Below are positions 37,814 to 45,963 of a DNA stretch of 64,000 nucleotides, piece after piece. The stretch's first letter is position 1; each line of letters opens with the position of its first letter. This stretch comes from a candidate division FCPU426 bacterium (GTDB taxonomy: Bacteria > Oederibacteriota > PGYV01 > Palsa-1178): NCBI GenBank assembly GCA_963840035.1, contig CAWIXE010000003.1:352001-416000 (forward strand), read 5' to 3'. The position numbers and the translations under genes are program-made. The notes beneath the pieces are model-generated. The model searched no databases. It was given only the letters and a program-made list of their open reading frames with translations, and was not told where the DNA came from.

Positions 37814-40711
37814 ATGAAAAGACTGATTGCGGCTTTCCTTATTATAATGGCATTCTTTTCCTCTGTTTACGGCATTAATAAGATACGCGTGAAGGATAAG
37901 AACTGGCAGATATATAAAACCGAGCATTTCCGCATATATTACTATAACGGGGACGAGTTCCTCGCGAAACTTACCGCGGTTTACGCTGAAGAAGCTTATG
38001 ACCATGACTCGGCGATTGTAAACTTTAAACCCAAGAATGCTATTCCCTTATTTATCTATGAAAACCATGATGATTTTACTTCCACAAATATAACCCTGTC
38101 GCCGCTATCCGAAGGTACGGGCGGTTTTACAGAGCCCTACAAGAACAGGGTAGTGCTGCCGAACTCCGGGTCCATTAAGCAGTTGAAGCAGGTGATAACC
38201 CATGAAGTCGCCCACGCCATACAGTTCGCCATTATTTACGGCGAAGGTATGAGGAATTATAATGTCTTATACAAGGACTTATTCATGCCTGTATGGGTCA
38301 TGGAGGGGCTTGCCGAATACAGCGCGGATGACCTGGACTCTAAAGGTGAGATGGTGCTGCGCGACGCCGTGATAAATAACAGGCTCATGCCCATAGACCA
38401 GCTTGACGGTTTCTCATTCCTGGAGGAGATGTACCTGGGTTATAAGGAAGCGCAGTCCATTATCACATACATAGCCGCGAATTACGGCAAGGACTTCATA
38501 CCGCAGTTCATACAGAGTGTGGGCGAGGAATTCGCGGTGGACAATGTTTTCAGGAAGGTCGCAAAAAAAGACTACAACGCTTTTAAAAAAGAATGGGAAT
38601 ATTTTATAAAGAAAAAATACTGGGCGCAGGCGCAGGGCAGGGATAACCCCGACAAATACGGGCCGCAGCTTACCAAGTCGCAGCATGAAAGCCCGGTATA
38701 TGACCAGGGCCCGGCGTTTTCACCGGACGGTTCCTTAATTGCGTTCATATCGTCCAGGGGCGGCCACAGGGCCGTGTGGCTGATGAGGCCTGACGGAAAG
38801 GAAGCGCGCGAAGTCTTTAACGGGTTTGATACCATTTCCACGGAAGGCTTCCCAATTTCGTGGGGGACCGATAATAAGACAATTTACTTTGCCGTAAGCG
38901 ACAGGGGAAGAAGGTACATAGTAAAAGCAAACATTGAAACCATGGCGCAGGAAAAACTTCCCATACCGGGCATGTATGACATATATTCCCCGGCTGTATC
39001 GCCTGATGACAGGTATGTCGCCTTTACCGGGTCAAATGAGGGTTTTACAGACGTGTATGTTTTTGACACGGCAACCGGCGCGCTGGATAACATAACCAAT
39101 AATGTCTTTGATAATAACAGCCCAAACTGGTCGCCGCGCGGCAATTACCTTGTTTTCACCGAGGAACGCAATGGGCAGGGGCGGCTGGCGCTATACGATT
39201 TAAAACTTGGCAAAAAGAAATTTCTGACTGAAGAGGCTTCATATGACTGCGCCTATCCGAGGTTCACGGACGAGGATACAATAATTTTCACATCGGATAA
39301 GAACGGGATCTATAACCTTTATTCTATGAAGCTTAAGGACAAAAGTGAAAAACAGCTGACAAACATCACGACAGGGATATCCGCGCCGTCATATTCGCCC
39401 GATGGCTTTGTCGTGTACTCCTACTACGAAGACGCCTGCTATAACCTTTATAAATACCTGCTCGACAGGGAAAGGGCCTTTGAGAAGCTTCCCCTTGTTT
39501 ATGACGAAAGCCTCATAGCTAAGAAAAGTGAAAAGTCGGGAGAAGCTGAAAAGAAGCCGAAACCGGAAGTGGTAATAAAGGCTGAGAATAGCAACGATGA
39601 CGCGGCTTTTAAAGCCATCACGGAAGAAAAGGCCGCGAAAGTTATATCGGGAAGCGAACAATACGGGACAATGCTTTCGCCGGATTTGTTATTTGCCCTC
39701 TTCGGGTATGAGTCAACTACAGGCCTGGTAGGGGGCGGTTACGCGACGCTCTCCGACATGACAGGCGATAATAACCTGGCGCTGCTTGTAAACTACGTCC
39801 CGGATTACTATTCACAGTTCCAGCTGTCGTACATGTACCTGGGGCTGCCTTTTGACCTCAGCTTCGACTGTTATTATGACCAGAACGTATACCAGCTGTA
39901 TGATACCGAACAGAACGTATTTTTCTCCCAGCTTGAGTCAAAGCAGTACGGCGGTGGGATAACCATGACATATCCGCTGAACATGTACACCGGAGTATCG
40001 CTTTTTTTCCAGACAAAGCGCGTCTCCGACAGGTACAAGAATCTTGACACCGGATCCACGGTTTATTTTGACACCACGGACAGGGATGACCTGCTGAATA
40101 TCGCGGGCGTTTCCATTCAGTATGACCATTCATCATGGCGGGACCTTGCGCCCTACTCCGGCGAAGAGATAATGATTTATGCCGAGTCAGCTGACAGGAT
40201 ATTCGGCGGCACAAAGACATATTCCATATATGAGGCTGATATCCGCAAGTATTTTGACCTGGGTTTTTTCCCGGGGAAGAACCTAAGCGCGTCTTTCAGG
40301 GTGTTATTAGCGATGACTGAAGGCCCGGACAGGCCCTACTTCCTTTTTGGAGGCATCAATTCTGTCAGGGGGCTTGATTATGGGGAAATGTCCGGCGACA
40401 GGCTGGCCCTGCTTAACGCCGAGTTGCGCTATACGCTGGTCAGGAACATGGATTTTAAACTGTGGCCGCTCACCTTCATAATGGTAAAAAATATAAAGAC
40501 AGTATTTTTTGACGACGCCGGCATTATAAAAGACGGGCCCGTGAACTCTGTTTCAAACAGCGACATTGTAAACGGCCTGGGTTTTTCGCTTTTATTTGAC
40601 ACATTCCTTTTCCAGAACCAGTACATGCCGCTGAGACTTGAAGTCGCCAGAAGGACGGACAACGCCGACGGGGACTGGAAGTTTTATTTCTCGATAAATA
40701 CGGGGTTTTAA
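37814..40711 (+). CDS. Outer-membrane protein: peptidase-MA-like HExxH domain, PD40/TolB-like propeller, Omp85/BamA-type barrel
   Basis: Signal peptide; HEVAH...WVMEGLAEY; P.[FVW]SPDG repeats; GGINSVRG lid loop, NAELRY, terminal FYFSINTGF. Confidence 0.8.
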   Translation: MKRLIAAFLIIMAFFSSVYGINKIRVKDKNWQIYKTEHFRIYYYNGDEFLAKLTAVYAEEAYDHDSAIVNFKPKNAIPLFIYENHDDFTSTNITLSPLSEGTGGFTEPYKNRVVLPNSGSIKQLKQVITHEVAHAIQFAIIYGEGMRNYNVLYKDLFMPVWVMEGLAEYSADDLDSKGEMVLRDAVINNRLMPIDQLDGFSFLEEMYLGYKEAQSIITYIAANYGKDFIPQFIQSVGEEFAVDNVFRKVAKKDYNAFKKEWEYFIKKKYWAQAQGRDNPDKYGPQLTKSQHESPVYDQGPAFSPDGSLIAFISSRGGHRAVWLMRPDGKEAREVFNGFDTISTEGFPISWGTDNKTIYFAVSDRGRRYIVKANIETMAQEKLPIPGMYDIYSPAVSPDDRYVAFTGSNEGFTDVYVFDTATGALDNITNNVFDNNSPNWSPRGNYLVFTEERNGQGRLALYDLKLGKKKFLTEEASYDCAYPRFTDEDTIIFTSDKNGIYNLYSMKLKDKSEKQLTNITTGISAPSYSPDGFVVYSYYEDACYNLYKYLLDRERAFEKLPLVYDESLIAKKSEKSGEAEKKPKPEVVIKAENSNDDAAFKAITEEKAAKVISGSEQYGTMLSPDLLFALFGYESTTGLVGGGYATLSDMTGDNNLALLVNYVPDYYSQFQLSYMYLGLPFDLSFDCYYDQNVYQLYDTEQNVFFSQLESKQYGGGITMTYPLNMYTGVSLFFQTKRVSDRYKNLDTGSTVYFDTTDRDDLLNIAGVSIQYDHSSWRDLAPYSGEEIMIYAESADRIFGGTKTYSIYEADIRKYFDLGFFPGKNLSASFRVLLAMTEGPDRPYFLFGGINSVRGLDYGEMSGDRLALLNAELRYTLVRNMDFKLWPLTFIMVKNIKTVFFDDAGIIKDGPVNSVSNSDIVNGLGFSLLFDTFLFQNQYMPLRLEVARRTDNADGDWKFYFSINTGF

Positions 40712-40716
40712 AATGG

Positions 40717-40791
40717 AAGTTCGGAGGCTGGAGTTCGGGGTTCGGAGTTGTAAGTCCGTAACCTACACTCCGAACCCCGAACTCCGAACTC
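40717..40791. repeat. Heptamer inverted-repeat element (GAGTTCG family)
   Basis: AAGTTCG GAGGCTG GAGTTCG GGGTTCG ... ACTCCGA ACCCCGA ACTCCGA. Confidence 0.8.
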
Positions 40792-40813
40792 AAAACTTAG
40801 CAGGAGGTTTACA

Positions 40814-41626
40814 TTGGATTACGTACACGCTTTAATCATGGGCATTATACAGGGCTTAACCGAGTTCCTTCCCGTATCTTCCAGCGCGCACCTTGTTATA
40901 TATCCGAAGATATTCAGCGCGGGAAATATGCTTTTGAATTCGCTTTCTTTTGATGTGGCGCTGCATGGAGGCACTCTGGTGGCGTTGCTGGTATTTTTCA
41001 GAAAAAAGGTATCAAACCTGCTCGGCTCCTTTTTTAAGGGGCTTACTTCCTCGAAAACAAGGAAGTCTGCTGATTTTAAAATGGGGCTATTCATCATAGC
41101 GGCCACAATACCGGCTGTTATTGTCGGATATTTCTGGGGCGACGTACTGGAAGATAATTTCAGGGATCCGGTAAGAATAGGGCTGGTGTTAATTATTTTT
41201 GGCGGCGTCCTCTGGCTTGCGGACAGGCTTGGAAGGAAAAGGAAGGAAACAGGGTCGATGAATTTTTTTGATTCCATTATTATCGGTTTGGCGCAGGCAG
41301 CGGCGTTAATACCCGGGGTTTCAAGGTCGGGTGTGACCATATCGGCCGGATTATTGCTCGGGTATAAAAGGCAGGACGCGGCAGAGTTCTCATTTGTGAT
41401 GTCTATTCCGGCCGTTGCCGGGGCGTTTGTCATGCAGTTAAAGCACCTTGCGGATAACGGAAGCGCCATGGCGGGCCCGGCAATACTTGGATTCATCGCA
41501 GCTTCCATATCAGGCATGCTTGCCATAAAATTTCTCCTTGATTTTGTTCAAAAGAAGAGTTTTACCCCTTTTGTCATTTACAGGATTGCGCTGGGCATAC
41601 TGATACTTGCGATGTTTCCCAGGTAA
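40814..41626 (+). CDS. uppP: Undecaprenyl-diphosphate phosphatase
   Basis: QGLTEFLPVSSSAH, PGVSRSGVTI, AEFSF; TTG start after AGGAGG. Confidence 0.96.
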   Translation: MDYVHALIMGIIQGLTEFLPVSSSAHLVIYPKIFSAGNMLLNSLSFDVALHGGTLVALLVFFRKKVSNLLGSFFKGLTSSKTRKSADFKMGLFIIAATIPAVIVGYFWGDVLEDNFRDPVRIGLVLIIFGGVLWLADRLGRKRKETGSMNFFDSIIIGLAQAAALIPGVSRSGVTISAGLLLGYKRQDAAEFSFVMSIPAVAGAFVMQLKHLADNGSAMAGPAILGFIAASISGMLAIKFLLDFVQKKSFTPFVIYRIALGILILAMFPR

Positions 41627-41628
41627 CC

Positions 41629-42396
41629 ATGAAAATAAAATTCATAGGAACCGGCACTTCTCACGGGGTGCCTGTGATCGGATGCAGCTGCGCGGCTTGT
41701 TCCTCAAAAGACCCGCGAAACACCAGATACAGGTCGTCTGTCTGGATAGAGGACGGCGGAACTTCCATCGTTATAGATACGCCGGCTGAGTTCAGGGTGC
41801 GCACGCTGGAGTACGCCATTAAAAATATAAACGCCGTGCTTTTTACGCATGCCCACGCTGACCACGCAGCAGGCCTTGACGATGTCAGGGTCTATAACGA
41901 AATACAGGGTATGGATATGCCGGTTTACGGCGATGGCGCCACGCTCGCCGAGATAAAGCAGCGGTATTCCTATATATTTACCCAAACGCAGGAAGGCGGG
42001 GGAAAACCCAGGCTTGACTTAAGGGAAGCCCTGCCTTTTAAGGAATTTAAAATAAAAAATACGGTGATCAAACCGCTGAAGGTCAGCCACGGGGAAATGG
42101 AAATACTCGGGTTTAAAATAAATAATGACTTCGCGTATATAACAGACTGCTCTTTCATACCTGAAGAAACATTTGATGAAATAAAAAATATTAAAGTCCT
42201 CGTGCTGGATGCTTTAAGGCATAAACCCCACCCGACACATTTCAGCCTTGGGCAGGCAATTGACGCGGCAAAAAAATCCGGCGCAGCCATGACATATTTT
42301 ACACATATCTCCCACGGGCTGGAGCATGTTTCTACAGAAGAAAATATGTTGCAGAATACACGGATTGCGTATGACGGATTAACGTTAATCTTATAG
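41629..42396 (+). CDS. MBL-fold metallo-hydrolase (PhnP-like phosphodiesterase)
   Basis: GTGTSHGVPVIGCSCAAC, THAHADH, AYITDCS, HPTH, THISH, AYDG. Confidence 0.9.
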   Translation: MKIKFIGTGTSHGVPVIGCSCAACSSKDPRNTRYRSSVWIEDGGTSIVIDTPAEFRVRTLEYAIKNINAVLFTHAHADHAAGLDDVRVYNEIQGMDMPVYGDGATLAEIKQRYSYIFTQTQEGGGKPRLDLREALPFKEFKIKNTVIKPLKVSHGEMEILGFKINNDFAYITDCSFIPEETFDEIKNIKVLVLDALRHKPHPTHFSLGQAIDAAKKSGAAMTYFTHISHGLEHVSTEENMLQNTRIAYDGLTLIL

Positions 42397-42501
42397 GTTA
42401 TACAATTGAAATACGTGAAAATTTAATAAAATATAGCAAAAACGCGAAAAAATGAAATAAAAACATCTTTGAAAATACATCAATAAAATAAGGCGTTTTT
42501 C

Positions 42502-42529
42502 TTGACTTTGAATAAACCTGTGCTATAAT
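42502..42529 (+). promoter_or_regulatory. Sigma70-type promoter (extended -10)
   Basis: TTGACT-16 nt-TATAAT with TGn preceding -10. Confidence 0.7.
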
Positions 42530-42563
42530 TTCATTAATAAAACTAAAAACAGGAGCTCAGTCG

Positions 42564-42737
42564 ATGGAAAACATGGATGAAAAAAGCGGTAATGAAGGCA
42601 CTAGTTACGTAAAGGAATTATGGGCTACGTTTGAAAAGACAGGTTCGATTGGCGCGTATTTGCTGTATAATACCGTAAAAGATAAAACGAAATCAGGCGT
42701 AAAAGGCAGGGAAAAAAATAATACTTTACAAAAGTAA
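42564..42737 (+). CDS. 57-aa YqzL-like small protein (not in ORF track)
   Basis: AGGAG RBS; MENMDEKSGNEGTSYVKELWATFEKTGSIGAYLLYNTVKDK...; own promoter and terminator. Confidence 0.7.
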   Translation: MENMDEKSGNEGTSYVKELWATFEKTGSIGAYLLYNTVKDKTKSGVKGREKNNTLQK

Positions 42738-42763
42738 TGCCTTAACGTATCATAGATTTGAAT

Positions 42764-42793
42764 AAAAATCCAGGTGGATAACCTGGATTTTTT
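42764..42793 (+). terminator. Intrinsic terminator
   Basis: AAAAATCCAGGT-GGATA-ACCTGGATTTTTT. Confidence 0.75.
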
Positions 42794-42817
42794 CTTTGCT
42801 GAAAAGGGGATTCAAAA

Positions 42818-43819
42818 ATGGAAGAGTTAAAAAAACAGATAACAGCAGACGCCGCCGCGGTAAAAGACACGGTGGAGCTCGCCCAGTTCAAAGCCAAATA
42901 CCTGGGTAAAAAAGGCGTCATAACCCTGATGTTCGGGTCCATGAAAGATGTGGCGCCGGAAAACAGAAAAGCAAAGGGCGCTGAGATAAACGAGCTTAAA
43001 AATTTCGCCGAGGCCGCCCATGACGAAAGGGAGCGCTCGCTTTTAAACAGCAAAAAAGCCGAGGAATTAAAGGGCATAGACCTGACCCTTCCCGCATATG
43101 AAGCGGCCCGCGGCACTCTTCACCCCATCACAAAAGTCATGGAAGAGGTAAAATCCATATTTGCCCGCATGGGTTTCTCCATTGAGGAAGGCCCGGAGAT
43201 TGAATCGGATTATTATAACTTTACCGCCCTTAATTTCGCGCCGGAACACCCGGCACGCGATATGCATGATACTTTTCACATAGACGACGAGTTCCTTTTA
43301 AGGACGCATACGTCCGGTATTCAGATAAGGACCATGGAAAAATACCCGCTTCCGCTTAAAGTCATCGGGCCGGGGCGCGTGTACCGCATGGACGCCATGG
43401 ACGCGTCTCATTCAACGGTCTTTCACCAGGTAGAAGGCTTCATAGTAGATACAGACATTAAATTCAGCCATTTGAAGGGTGTGCTGGATTTATTTCTTAA
43501 GGAAATGTTCGGCTCAGACCTGAAAACCAGGTTCAGGCCGAGTTATTTCCCGTTTACGGAACCATCGGCTGAAGTGGATGTCCAGTGCGCGAACTGCAGA
43601 GGCAAGGGCTGCAATGTTTGCAAGCACACGGGCTGGCTGGAAATACTGGGTTCCGGAATGATCCATCCTAACGTCTTGAGGGCCGTTAAGATCGATCCCG
43701 AGAAGTACACGGGTTTTGCTTTCGGGATGGGAGTTGAGAGGATAGCCATGCTTAAATACGGGATAGACGACATGAGGCTTTTCTTCGAAAACGACGTGCG
43801 GTTCCTTAAACAATTCTGA
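42818..43819 (+). CDS. pheS: Phenylalanine--tRNA ligase alpha subunit
   Basis: HPARDMHDTF, LRTHTS, FHQVEG, RPSYFPFTEPS, GFAFGMGVER. Confidence 0.98.
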   Translation: MEELKKQITADAAAVKDTVELAQFKAKYLGKKGVITLMFGSMKDVAPENRKAKGAEINELKNFAEAAHDERERSLLNSKKAEELKGIDLTLPAYEAARGTLHPITKVMEEVKSIFARMGFSIEEGPEIESDYYNFTALNFAPEHPARDMHDTFHIDDEFLLRTHTSGIQIRTMEKYPLPLKVIGPGRVYRMDAMDASHSTVFHQVEGFIVDTDIKFSHLKGVLDLFLKEMFGSDLKTRFRPSYFPFTEPSAEVDVQCANCRGKGCNVCKHTGWLEILGSGMIHPNVLRAVKIDPEKYTGFAFGMGVERIAMLKYGIDDMRLFFENDVRFLKQF

Positions 43820-43838
43820 CCTGAAAATAATCCTTTCC

Positions 43839-44657
43839 TTGCTGCTATTTGCCTTTATGGCAATCACAGTATATTTATTCCCGTCAATTAAAACCTTTTT
43901 GGCCGGGGCTTACGGCTCATACAGGAATTCCATAAAAAAAATATCGCGTATGAGCATGGCGGCAATCAGGGAAAGCGCGATTGTAAGGTTCGAAACAGCC
44001 ATTGCCGTTTTTGCCATAGCCGCAGCACTGCTCGCGGGAAACGGCTGGATCATCGCCGCCGCGATCCCCCTCATGATATTCTTCCCTAAAATGTATGTCA
44101 CGAATGAGCTAAAAAAATATTCCTCCGCCTATAATGACGGGCTTTCCGGTTTTCTTGAATCCGTTATTTCAAACTTAAGGTCAGGCATGTCGCTATCCGC
44201 CGCGTTTAAGGCTGTTGCTGAAAGGGATAAAACACCGGTAGGGCTGGAGTTTGTACTTGTCCTTAAAAAAACCGCGCTTGGAATGTCCTTGCAGGAGGCT
44301 TTAGACGGGCTTGCCGCGAAGATGCCGTCAAAGGAAAACGAGATAATCATTTCAGCAATGAATACTTCCCTGGAAACAGGCGGGAACATTACCGAAGCAC
44401 TTTCCAATATCCTCGGGACCATACGCAAGAGGGATGAAATTGAAAGGGAAGTAAAAACGCTTACATCGCAGGGAGTGTTATCAGGTGTAATAGTCGGCTG
44501 CCTGCCGGCGCTCATGCTGGGGATAATATCGGTCTTTGACCCCGGTTTCATCGCGCCGTTATTTACCACGGCAGCCGGGGTTGCGATGCTGGTTGTTGCC
44601 ATATTAATGGAAATCACAGGTGCTTTTATAATAAGCAGGATTGTGGATATAAAATGA
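43839..44657 (+). CDS. tadB: TadB-like type II secretion system F family protein
   Basis: LRSGMSL...EF...GMSLQEAL...ETGGNITEAL...TLTSQG; start may be CTG 43821. Confidence 0.8.
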   Translation: MLLFAFMAITVYLFPSIKTFLAGAYGSYRNSIKKISRMSMAAIRESAIVRFETAIAVFAIAAALLAGNGWIIAAAIPLMIFFPKMYVTNELKKYSSAYNDGLSGFLESVISNLRSGMSLSAAFKAVAERDKTPVGLEFVLVLKKTALGMSLQEALDGLAAKMPSKENEIIISAMNTSLETGGNITEALSNILGTIRKRDEIEREVKTLTSQGVLSGVIVGCLPALMLGIISVFDPGFIAPLFTTAAGVAMLVVAILMEITGAFIISRIVDIK

Positions 44658-44709
44658 AAAATATATTCCGGATTATGGATTCTAAATTTTGGATTGAAAG
44701 AAGGCTTGC

Positions 44710-45567
44710 ATGAAGTTTCTTTTCAGCGTCATCGTATTTATAGGAGTGGCTTCGTTATGCGGCGGGATAGCCGTCATTGTTTACAGGCGCAGGACCATCG
44801 AAGTGCTGCGCGGGTTTGCTGCTGAAAAGCTCACAGGGAAGGTTAAAGAGGCGGCTTCATATATAAAGGACCACCTGGTTATGCTCAATAAGAAGTTTAC
44901 CGGGATGAAAAGGTATGGGGAAGTAAATAACAACCTTTCAATACTTAATCTGGACATAAGGGTATCTAAGGAGTATTTTGTCCTGATTGAAGAATGCTCC
45001 ATTACCGGAGTTTTGCTGATATGCCTTCTGCTTACCGGCGATTTAGCCATAAGCCTTTGCTTTGCGGCTGCCTCCTTTTTCGCGCCGTATTACCTTTTAA
45101 AGTCCCGGGTGATGAGAAAAAAGGAGGCCATAGTCAGGGAACTGCCGGATGCTTTTGACATAATTGGCGCGAATATTGAAGGCGGGCTGTCACTTTCCGC
45201 TTCGCTCAGGCGTTATGCCGCAAAGGCGGGGTCGGATTTCGGAGCGGAACTTTACGCGGCCATTAAAAAAATGGAACTCGGCAGCGGCTTTGAAGACGCT
45301 ATGCGCTCCATGGACACCAAGCTTGGCATCAGGGAACTTAATTCCTTTATAAACGCTTTTGTCCAGGCTGAAAAGTCCGGGGGAAGCATAAAGGAAATAA
45401 TAAAGGGCCATGCGGCCGAAATTAGGAATAAAAGGTTTCAGTATTTAAAGAAAAAAGCGCATGAGGCGCCGGTAAAACTCCTTATACCCCTGCTGCTTTT
45501 CATATTCCCGGTTATTTTTATCGTGCTTTTCGGCCCGGTTGTGATAAAATTACTTAACGGCATCTGA
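44710..45567 (+). CDS. tadC: TadC-like type II secretion system F family protein
   Basis: ELPDAFD...EGGLSL...QAEKSGGSI...APVKLLIPLLLFIFPVIFIVLFGP. Confidence 0.85.
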   Translation: MKFLFSVIVFIGVASLCGGIAVIVYRRRTIEVLRGFAAEKLTGKVKEAASYIKDHLVMLNKKFTGMKRYGEVNNNLSILNLDIRVSKEYFVLIEECSITGVLLICLLLTGDLAISLCFAAASFFAPYYLLKSRVMRKKEAIVRELPDAFDIIGANIEGGLSLSASLRRYAAKAGSDFGAELYAAIKKMELGSGFEDAMRSMDTKLGIRELNSFINAFVQAEKSGGSIKEIIKGHAAEIRNKRFQYLKKKAHEAPVKLLIPLLLFIFPVIFIVLFGPVVIKLLNGI

Positions 45568-45605
45568 AAACTTAAAATTTAAAGCTGAAAAGTCGGGCGA
45601 AAAGC

Positions 45606-45929
45606 ATGAAAAATGTTAAGCTTAAAAAAATCAGGATAGATGACGCGGATACATTCATTAAGCGCGCCATTGGGCTTATCGGGCAATATTCAATTCCATC
45701 AGGATATGCCATGAGGTTTAAAAACTGCAATTCCATACATACCTTCTTTATGAAAATCCCCATTGATGTTATAATGTATGATGATAAAGGCGCTGCGCGG
45801 GCTGTGTTTCACGGGCTTAAGCCATGGAAACTGGCCGGGTGCCCACAGGCAAAGCACACCGTGGAGATGAAAAGCGGCATGGCCGCCAGGATGAAAATAG
45901 AAATAGGCTCGCGTTTGGCTTTCAAATAA
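45606..45929 (+). CDS. DUF192 domain protein
   Basis: ADTFIKRAIGL, CNSIHTFFMKIPIDV, LKPW, VEM. Confidence 0.88.
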   Translation: MKNVKLKKIRIDDADTFIKRAIGLIGQYSIPSGYAMRFKNCNSIHTFFMKIPIDVIMYDDKGAARAVFHGLKPWKLAGCPQAKHTVEMKSGMAARMKIEIGSRLAFK

Positions 45930-45963
45930 CGCCCGTTTATTAGCGGCGTAAAAAGGCGGAAAT

